A stretch of DNA of 13,605 nucleotides from a virus (Duplodnaviria > Heunggongvirae > Uroviricota > Caudoviricetes). The notes under the pieces are model-generated. The model had not been told where the DNA came from and searched no databases. It saw only the letters and a program-made list of their open reading frames with translations. Both the position numbers and the translations under genes were made by a program. The DNA is taken from the IMG/VR virus record IMGVR_UViG_2695420596_000001, positions 1-13,605 of that record. One strand, written 5' to 3'. This document shows positions 1 to 4,888 of this stretch, one piece after another; the stretch's first letter is position 1, and the number at the start of each line of letters is the position of its first letter.

Positions 1-221
1 ATTACGGTAACGACTGGCAGACGCTGGAGCTGGTGTTCACCGCCGGCAGTGCCACGGTTACTCCGAAACTGAATGGAGTGGCTGGCCCGGCATTCCAGGT
101 TATAAAAGACAGTCTGACACTGGGACTGAATGCGCTGACGCTGACGGATGTTACAAAAAATGCAGCGTATGGCGTTGAGATAGAAAGTCTGGTGCTGGAG
201 ATAAATGCACCGGCAGCATAA
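1..221 (+). CDS. 3' end of an upstream gene, 5'-truncated by the window edge; product unknown
   Basis: Frame 3 is open from the window edge to TAA at 219-221 (tail ...YGNDWQTLELVFTAGSATVTPKLNGVAGPAFQVIKDSLTLGLNALTLTDVTKNAAYGVEIESLVLEINAPAA). It is Cys-free and beta-strand-like. No family recognised; it does not resemble the C-terminus of lambda Q as I recall it. Confidence 0.4.
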   Translation, partial: YGNDWQTLELVFTAGSATVTPKLNGVAGPAFQVIKDSLTLGLNALTLTDVTKNAAYGVEIESLVLEINAPAA

Positions 222-222
222 T

Positions 223-263
223 AAAAAAAGAGCCAGCGACTGACCTGAAAGAAGACGCTGGCT
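223..263 (-). terminator. Hairpin with adjacent A7 tract (U7 on the minus strand): candidate minus-strand intrinsic terminator, copy 1
   Basis: Perfect 8 bp inverted repeat AGCCAGCG (231-238) / CGCTGGCT (256-263) with a 17 nt loop, preceded on + by AAAAAAA (223-229). It has terminator geometry only when read on the minus strand. Confidence 0.3.
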
Positions 264-370
264 AAAAGGCCTTATATGTTTGTAGAGACTTATTTTTCAC
301 AGACAGCAATGATGCCTGTCAATATATTATCAATATGCGGATTGTTTCAGTTACAGATGCTTTATTAAGG

Positions 371-413
371 AAAAAAACAGCCAGCACTGACTTTCGGTGG
401 AGAGGTGCTGGCT
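371..413 (-). terminator. Hairpin with adjacent A7 tract: candidate minus-strand intrinsic terminator, copy 2 (paralogous to 223-263)
   Basis: Inverted repeat CAGCCAGCAC (378-387) / GTGCTGGCT (405-413) with a 17 nt loop, preceded by AAAAAAA (371-377). Shares the GCCAGC(G)ACTGAC core with copy 1. Confidence 0.3.
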
Positions 414-483
414 CAGAAGGATAGTTGGATTTCACATGATACTTATGCCTGGCGGTATATTTTCTGACAGACAGTGACGGGTG

Positions 484-511
484 TTGTCAAGATATTGTGT
501 CATTTATAACC
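484..511 (+). promoter_or_regulatory. Candidate late promoter (pR'-like)
   Basis: TTGTCA (484-489) and TATAAC (505-510) with a 15 bp spacer, about 80 bp upstream of a strong terminator and about 160 bp upstream of the holin start. This is the position of pR'/qut in lambdoid late regions. Hexamers were picked by eye and the spacer is short. Confidence 0.25.
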
Positions 512-588
512 TGAATCAGGGGAGGCCGGAATGTTATCTGGCATTTTTAGCAGAGCCTGAATGCCATAATCACGGCTCCCGGAGTTGG

Positions 589-628
589 CCGTCAGTGGGT
601 GACACTGGCGGCTTTTTTGTTTTTCTTT
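589..628 (+). terminator. Rho-independent terminator (tR'-like) upstream of the holin
   Basis: 10 bp stem GCCGTCAGTG / CACTGGCGGC (one G-U pair), 5 nt loop GGTGA, followed by TTTTTTGTTTTTC. Confidence 0.55.
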
Positions 629-668
629 ACTTTCATTTTCTGTCGGCGGTGACGGAGACATACATCAG

Positions 669-875
669 ATGGAAAAAATCACAACAGGTGTGTCATACAC
701 CACGTCAGCGGTGGGGACGGGATACTGGTTACTGCAGCTGCTGGACAAAGTCTCTCCGTCCCAGTGGGTGGCAATAGGTGTGCTGGGAAGTCTGCTGTTT
801 GGCCTGCTGACGTATCTGACTAACCTGTATTTCAAAATCAGAGAGGACCGTCGTAAGGTGGCGCGGGGAGAGTAG
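669..875 (+). CDS. S: Class II holin (pinholin), phage 21 S-like, 68 aa
   Basis: Translation [68 protein letters not shown] closely parallels the S21 pinholin as I recall it (two TM helices, C-terminal ...[17 protein letters not shown]). SD-like GGAGAC lies 9 nt upstream of the ATG. Confidence 0.85.
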   Translation: MEKITTGVSYTTSAVGTGYWLLQLLDKVSPSQWVAIGVLGSLLFGLLTYLTNLYFKIREDRRKVARGE

Positions 876-1130
876 TCGATGAATAAACAATACGAACTGG
901 TTGTAAAATGAATATTTCTAACTGAAAAAACGTTCCATGAGGTAAGAAAAGGTCACAGGCAATCAATAACAGGACGTGATGAAAGACCCTTGCATTTGTG
1001 CGCTTTCTCTTTAGATAGCAGCAGATACTGAAAATCTGAGTTGTCGGGGAGTCAGGGATACAGCTGTGCAAGAGTTGGTCATTGTGATTCCATTGAAATC
1101 CTGTATGCCATGAAGGGCAGGATTTTATGG

Positions 1131-1445
1131 CTACCTGAGCTTTGGTGATAGTAAGTTGAAAATTCGCATTTTTTGCTGACATGCGTAACGAGAATCCCAT
1201 AAGCAGGGAGGACTTAATTCTTCATTAACCCATGCGTTGATATTATGTTTCAGCCGTTGAAGCATCAGCGGTGTTAATGTTGTGGTAATAATATCCAGCG
1301 TTTTATGTGAGATCTTACCGTAAGGGTCTGCAAGAATGCTGCTTGTTGCTTCGTTATTATCTGCCATCAGAAGAAGTAACTCTGATTTAACGTTTTCTGT
1401 CATTAGTTGTAAAAATCTTCTGCGCAAACTTTCTTTACTGTTCAT
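1131..1445 (-). CDS. Hypothetical protein (104 aa), opposite-strand cargo ORF inserted between holin and endolysin
   Basis: Intact minus-strand ORF (MNSKESLRRRFLQLMTENVKSELLLLMADNNEATSS...) in a visibly AT-rich ~690 bp segment that interrupts the otherwise contiguous S-R arrangement. A TATAAT-like hexamer sits upstream on the minus strand (around 1511-1518). The composition is helix-rich and protein-like; no family recognised. Confidence 0.4.
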   Translation of the reverse strand: MNSKESLRRRFLQLMTENVKSELLLLMADNNEATSSILADPYGKISHKTLDIITTTLTPLMLQRLKHNINAWVNEELSPPCLWDSRYACQQKMRIFNLLSPKLR

Positions 1446-1562
1446 TTATATGGCTTCATTTGTTGTAATCTGCTGCGTCTCAAGGGATATGTTTATGAGA
1501 GCGACCATGAGTGTTGGATTATATACCTAACATATCAAGGGATTAGAAATCGATAAATCCCC

Positions 1563-2096
1563 ATGCACGAAAAAATAAAATACGGCCTGTCGGCTGCCGT
1601 TCTGGCGCTGATTGGTGCAGGTGCTTCTGCGCCTGAAATCCTCGACCAGTTTCTGGATGAAAAGGAAGGTAACCACACCACGGCATACCGTGATGGTGCG
1701 GGGATCTGGACCATCTGCCGTGGTGCCATTCTGGTGGATGGTAAGCCTGTTATTCCTGGCATGAAGCTGTCAAAGGAAAAATGCGACCGGGTTAATGCCA
1801 TCGAACGTGACAAGGCGCTGGCATGGGTGGAGAAAAACATCCGGGTGCCGCTGACCGAACCCCAGAAAGCGGGGATCGCGTCATTCTGTCCGTACAACAT
1901 TGGCCCCGGTAAGTGCTTCCCGTCGACGTTTTATAAACGAATTAATGCAGGCGATCGAAAAGGTGCCTGTGAGGCGATTCGCTGGTGGATTAAGGACGGT
2001 GGCAGAGACTGCCGTATCCGTTCAAATAATTGCTACGGTCAGGTCTCACGGCGTGACCAGGAGAGCGCGCTGGCGTGCTGGGACATCGACAGATAG
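1563..2096 (+). CDS. R: Phage endolysin (lysozyme family, SAR-type N-terminus), 177 aa
   Basis: N-terminal weakly hydrophobic Gly/Ala-rich segment (KYGLSAAVLALIGAGASAP) followed by a lysozyme-like domain. It resembles the R21/RrrQ-type prophage endolysins of E. coli as recalled. A SAR endolysin is the expected partner of a pinholin. Confidence 0.88.
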   Translation: MHEKIKYGLSAAVLALIGAGASAPEILDQFLDEKEGNHTTAYRDGAGIWTICRGAILVDGKPVIPGMKLSKEKCDRVNAIERDKALAWVEKNIRVPLTEPQKAGIASFCPYNIGPGKCFPSTFYKRINAGDRKGACEAIRWWIKDGGRDCRIRSNNCYGQVSRRDQESALACWDIDR

Positions 2097-2185
2097 CAGA
2101 ATATTTTCCTGAAAAATGACGTTGGCCAACGCGGGTGGATAACACGAAATCCTGAAAACTGGTAAAACCTAAGTGAATAAAAGTA

Positions 2186-2226
2186 AAAACCCCGTTTGTT
2201 GGCAGCAAGCGGGGTTTTGTGTTTTC
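2186..2226. terminator. Bidirectional intrinsic terminator between endolysin and spanin genes
   Basis: Stem AAAACCCCG (2186-2194) / CGGGGTTTT (2210-2218) with loop TTTGTTGGCAGCAAG, flanked by an A-run upstream and TTTTGTGTTTT downstream. Confidence 0.55.
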
Positions 2227-2316
2227 TGACCTTGAGCAAGGCAAGGGAGAAATTATGGGTAGGGAGGTACTTTCCCTGTGAGGAAGTATAAAAGATTCTT
2301 TCTGAGGTTGTCCATT

Positions 2317-2430
2317 ATGAAAGGCATTGAAGTGGAGACGCCAGCCAGTCTGGATTTAACAAGAGCGGCAGCTTTTGCCATTCGTATTGTGGCCATTGCT
2401 GTTCTGGTCTGGGCAATCCGTTGGTGGTGA
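2317..2430 (+). CDS. Small ORF (37 aa) with a C-terminal hydrophobic helix, stop codon abutting the Rz start
   Basis: ATG at 2317 with GAGG 9 nt upstream; translation MKGIEVETPASLDLTRAAAFAIRIVAIAVLVWAIRWW; its TGA (2428-2430) is followed one base later by the Rz ATG (2432). Not in the ORF track because it is under 60 aa. Confidence 0.3.
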   Translation: MKGIEVETPASLDLTRAAAFAIRIVAIAVLVWAIRWW

Positions 2431-2431
2431 T

Positions 2432-2899
2432 ATGAACCGTGTTCTGTGCGTGGTTATCATTGTCCTGCTGGTGGCCTGTGGTGCGCTTAGTCTGGGGCTG
2501 AATCATTACCGTGATCACGCCATCATCTACAAAGAGCAGCGCGATAAAAAAGCCAGTGAGCTGGAGCTGGCGAACGCGACAATTACTGATATGCAGATAC
2601 GCCAGCGTGATGTCGCTGCACTTGATGCCAGATACTCGAGGGAATTAGCCGATGCGAGAGCTGAAAATGAAACTCTGCGTGCTGATGTTGCCGCTGGTCG
2701 TAAGCGCCTGCGGATCAACGCCACCTGCTCCGGTACCGTGCGTGAAGCCACCGGCACCTCCGGCGTGGATAATGCAACCGGCCCCCGACTGGCAGACACC
2801 GCTGAACGGGATTATTTCATCCTCAGAGAACGGCTGATGGCAATGCAGAAGCAACTGGAAGGAGCACAGGAATATATCCGTACCCAGTGTATACCGTGA
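2432..2899 (+). CDS. Rz: Rz inner-membrane spanin (i-spanin), 155 aa
   Basis: Translation from ATG 2432 (MNRVLCVVIIVLLVACGALSLGLNHYRDHAIIYKEQRDK...RDVAALDARY...TAERDYFILRERL...) is collinear with lambda Rz as recalled: N-terminal TM helix then coiled-coil periplasmic domain. Confidence 0.85.
   Translation: MNRVLCVVIIVLLVACGALSLGLNHYRDHAIIYKEQRDKKASELELANATITDMQIRQRDVAALDARYSRELADARAENETLRADVAAGRKRLRINATCSGTVREATGTSGVDNATGPRLADTAERDYFILRERLMAMQKQLEGAQEYIRTQCIP
2652..2837 (+). CDS. Rz1: Rz1 outer-membrane lipoprotein spanin (o-spanin), embedded in the +1 frame of Rz
   Basis: MRELKMKLCVLMLPLVVSACGSTPPAPVPCVKPPAPPAWIMQPAPDWQTPLNGII... has a lipobox (VSAC) and a proline-rich mature region nearly collinear with lambda Rz1; it lies wholly inside Rz in another frame. 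Confidence 0.8.
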   Translation: MRELKMKLCVLMLPLVVSACGSTPPAPVPCVKPPAPPAWIMQPAPDWQTPLNGIISSSENG

Positions 2900-3234
2900 T
2901 ATTTTGTTATGAAGGTGTTACTGGTAACGTTAAGGTAATTTAACAAAGAGTCAGTTCCGGACTTTATAGTGTGCTCAGTTCATGGCCAAAAACGATTTCT
3001 GTGATAAATATTTTGAATATTATTTACAGGTAAATGGAGTGGGGCACATGGATAGAAATATTACAATAGAGAATGAAGTATATGCCCGTATTGTATGGGC
3101 AGAGAAGGCAAAAACACGGTAATTCCGTGTGTTGCCATGATACCTGATTGGCAGAATAGTTGTTTGGTTTTGAGTATATAGTCAGCGTTTTTTGTTCAGT
3201 AATTGCTCCCTCAAAAAATAATAAAACAAGGTGA

Positions 3235-3345
3235 TTATTTTTGTTTATTATTTAGTTTTTTTGTGTGTTGTTTTATTGTTTTTGCGTGGTTTGTTTTTTA
3301 TTGTTATTTCATTAAGGGAAGGTAAATTCAGGATGGCAGTCTGTA
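3235..3345 (+). promoter_or_regulatory. T-tract-rich upstream region and candidate promoter for the PerC-like gene
   Basis: Successive T-tracts (TTGTTTT-type repeats) across 3237-3306, followed by TTGTTA (3301-3306), a 16 bp spacer and TAAATT (3323-3328), then GGAGG (3353-3357) and ATG 3364. Confidence 0.3.
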
Positions 3346-3363
3346 GATAATCGGAGGTCACTT

Positions 3364-3678
3364 ATGCTACATGATCACGTGGCAGAATGTCTGGAGAAAA
3401 AAGGACTGTACCGGAGAGCAGCTGAACGATGGGCAAAAGTGATGGTACAGCTAAGTGATGACCAGAAAAGAAAAGTGGCGGCACAGAAACGAGCAGAGTG
3501 TTTGCGTAAGGCGCGCCGGACTCCGGTTTCACCGGTGAACCTGACCGAAATAAAACAAGCGGTCAACAGACTACATTCTGAGTTGGGAATGGGATTTGAA
3601 GAGCGGCGGGTATTCCGACGATATAAAGGGACAGGAGAACAGAATACGTCCGGAAACGCGCGGTCAAAAAAATGCTAA
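3364..3678 (+). CDS. PerC-family-like small transcriptional regulator (104 aa), prophage cargo gene
   Basis: N-terminus MLHDHVAECLEKKGLYRRAAERWAKVMVQ matches the pattern I associate with the PerC/Pch family (AE.LE..G..RRAA.RW..V). Good SD (GGAGG, 6 nt spacer). Family call is from memory of the motif, not a search. Confidence 0.45.
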   Translation: MLHDHVAECLEKKGLYRRAAERWAKVMVQLSDDQKRKVAAQKRAECLRKARRTPVSPVNLTEIKQAVNRLHSELGMGFEERRVFRRYKGTGEQNTSGNARSKKC

Positions 3679-3714
3679 AAAATATCTGAGAGCGTTATTG
3701 CCTGTTACCATAAG

Positions 3715-3741
3715 AAAAAGCGACTTTAGTGGTCGCTTTTT
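3715..3741. terminator. Bidirectional intrinsic terminator shared by the convergent PerC-like and RHH genes
   Basis: AAAAA-GCGAC-TTTAGTG-GTCGC-TTTTT; the stem is flanked by an A-run on one side and a T-run on the other, between the convergent stops at 3678 and 3760. Confidence 0.5.
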
Positions 3742-3759
3742 GTGTCATATATAAGTCGT

Positions 3760-3984
3760 TTAAGTAAACCTGTCTGAACAGGTGCTCTGGTCGTGTTTGT
3801 CTTTGTTGGGTACAAATTGAGCATGTTTTTCATTAATTAATCTTCTTCTGCAGGCTTCAATAACCCACGCTGAAAAATTACCTGAACCTTTCTGATCAAG
3901 AGCGATGTTAATTTGTTCAATCATTTGGTTAGGAAAGCGGATGTTGCGGGTTGTTTTTCTGCGGGTTCTGTTCTTCGTTGACAT
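3760..3984 (-). CDS. Ribbon-helix-helix (Arc/Mnt/CopG-type) DNA-binding protein, 74 aa
   Basis: MSTKNRTRRKTTRNIRFPNQMIEQINIALDQKGSGNFSAWVIEACRRRL...: an Arg-rich N-terminal arm, then a beta-strand/helix/helix pattern (IRFP..E.I..A...G.S.NFS..V.EA) typical of Arc/Mnt-like repressors. Confidence 0.6.
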   Translation of the reverse strand: MSTKNRTRRKTTRNIRFPNQMIEQINIALDQKGSGNFSAWVIEACRRRLINEKHAQFVPNKDKHDQSTCSDRFT

Positions 3985-4153
3985 GAGGTTGCCCCGTATT
4001 CAGTGTCGCTGATTTGTATTGTCTGAAGTTGTTTTTACGTTAAGTTGATGCAGATCAATTAATACGATACCTGCGTCATAATTAATTATTTGACGTGGTT
4101 TGATGGCGTAGATGCACGTTGTGACATGTAGATGATAATTATTATCATTTTGC

Positions 4154-4180
4154 GGGTCCTTTCCGGCGATCCGACAGGTT
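4154..4180 (+). other. cosQ-like element (terminase nicking/termination accessory site)
   Basis: GGGTCCTTTCCGGCGATCCGACAGGTT immediately upstream of cosN is essentially the sequence I recall preceding the lambda right cohesive end. Confidence 0.55.
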
Positions 4181-4183
4181 ACG

Positions 4184-4195
4184 GGGCGGCGACCT
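4184..4195 (+). other. cosN: 12 nt cohesive-end sequence GGGCGGCGACCT
   Basis: Exact match to the canonical lambda cohesive end, and the following ~45 nt (CGCGGGTTTTCGCTATTTATGAAAATTTTCCGG) match the lambda left end as recalled. It sits about 185 bp upstream of the terminase small subunit gene. Confidence 0.85.
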
Positions 4196-4217
4196 CGCGG
4201 GTTTTCGCTATTTATGA

Positions 4218-4335
4218 AAATTTTCCGGGATCCATGTCCGGTTTCTCTTCAAGTTAACTATATGAAAAATATAAAAACAGGTCTTCTGTGAACCGGACAT
4301 GAACAAAAAACAGACATGTAAACCGGACATGACCG
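4218..4335 (+). repeat. cosB-like terminase small-subunit binding region: three copies of AACCGGACATG (one inverted, two direct) around an A/T-rich block
   Basis: Inverted copy at about 4220-4233 (CCATGTCCGGTTTC), direct copies at 4291-4302 and 4321-4332, with an A/T-rich segment (4240-4288) between the first and second. This R3-I1-R2-R1 architecture is classic for lambdoid cosB, but the repeat sequence is not the lambda one. Confidence 0.5.
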
Positions 4336-4378
4336 GTTTTGTTGTGATTGTGAGGTGAGAGTTTTTGCGAGGTGAGGA

Positions 4379-4888
4379 GTGGCTACGCAGACTGAAGTTG
4401 CCAGGCATTTAAGTCTGACCGATCGCCAGCTTCGCAGATTGCAGAAATTGCCGGGTGCCCCGATATCGAATAAGCGAGGGCAACTGGATCTGGATGCCTG
4501 GCGCGATTTTTACATATCGTATCTGAGGAGAAGTAAAAACGATGTGCCTGATGGCGATAGCGAAGACGACTATGAGGAGAAATTGCTTATTGCCAGATGG
4601 GAACTGACAGCAGAACAGGCTGTTACACAGCAGTTAAAAAATGAGGTGTCAAAAGGAAAACTTATTGACACCGGGTTCTGTATTTTTGCCCTCAGTAAGC
4701 TGGCAATGGCGTTATCCAGTACGCTTGATTCCATCCCTTTATCCATGCAGCGACAGTTTCCTGATTTAACACCGCGCCATCTTGACCATCTGAAAACCCT
4801 TATTGCTAAGGGGGCAAATCAGTGTGCGCGGGCAGGGGATAAATTACCGGATTTACTCGATGAATATATCAGAGCAACAACTGAATAA
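4379..4888 (+). CDS. nu1: Terminase small subunit (Nu1-like), 169 aa
   Basis: GTG start with AGGTGA SD. N-terminal HTH-like segment and C-terminal region (TGFCIFALSKLAMALSSTLDSIPLSMQRQFPDLTPRHLDHL...LPDLLDEYI) are collinear with lambda Nu1 as recalled. Overlaps the large subunit gene. Confidence 0.85.
   Translation: MATQTEVARHLSLTDRQLRRLQKLPGAPISNKRGQLDLDAWRDFYISYLRRSKNDVPDGDSEDDYEEKLLIARWELTAEQAVTQQLKNEVSKGKLIDTGFCIFALSKLAMALSSTLDSIPLSMQRQFPDLTPRHLDHLKTLIAKGANQCARAGDKLPDLLDEYIRATTE

Noticed and set aside
222-668. Possible tRNA genes between the upstream gene and holin, as found between Q and S in some lambdoid phages
   Set aside because: No T-loop (GTTCGAATC-like) or cloverleaf-compatible motifs found on either strand.
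481-777. 98 aa + strand ORF overlapping the late leader and holin start
   Set aside because: It spans the tR'-like terminator and overlaps the well-supported holin gene out of frame; Cys/Trp-rich, non-protein-like composition; no RBS.
879-911. 10-codon ORF (MNKQYELVVK) with a good SD directly after the holin stop
   Set aside because: Too short to support as a gene from sequence alone; could be a coupling or leader element but there is no evidence.
838-1200. 120 aa minus-strand ORF overlapping the holin 3' end and the cargo ORF
   Set aside because: Composition rich in Cys/His/Trp/Phe typical of out-of-frame noise; overlaps two better-supported genes.
1336-1530. 64 aa + strand ORF antisense to the 104 aa cargo ORF
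   Set aside because: Lies antisense within the cargo ORF and its promoter region; no RBS; the minus-strand frame is longer and more protein-like.
1535-2244. Minus-strand and alternative-frame ORFs (121, 70, 84, 66 aa) within and after the endolysin gene
   Set aside because: Antisense or out-of-frame shadows of the endolysin gene and the terminator region; no independent start signals.
2315-2854. Minus-strand ORFs (67, 90, 69 aa) across the Rz/Rz1 region
   Set aside because: Antisense to the Rz/Rz1 nested pair, whose two + strand frames are both supported by homology.
3048-3122. 24-codon ORF (MDRNITIENEVYARIVWAEKAKTR) with an upstream GGAG
   Set aside because: Very short with no recognisable features; kept only as a note.
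3375-3566. 63 aa minus-strand ORF inside the PerC-like gene
   Set aside because: Antisense shadow; the + strand frame has the RBS and a recognisable motif.
4217-4222. GGATCC (BamHI site) exactly where lambda identity ends, raising the question of an engineered lambda-21 hybrid or vector
   Set aside because: A 6 bp site is expected by chance, natural lambda/21 mosaics diverge in cosB, and nothing else (polylinker, selectable marker, replicon) suggests a construct.
4208-4408. 66 aa minus-strand ORF across cosB and the Nu1 start
   Set aside because: Overlaps the terminase-binding repeats and the nu1 RBS; implausible as coding.
4803-4859. Upstream in-frame extension of the terminase large subunit (track start at 4803)
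   Set aside because: The ATG at 4860 gives an N-terminus (MNISEQQ) that matches lambda gpA and leaves a conventional overlap with nu1; the extension is probably not translated.
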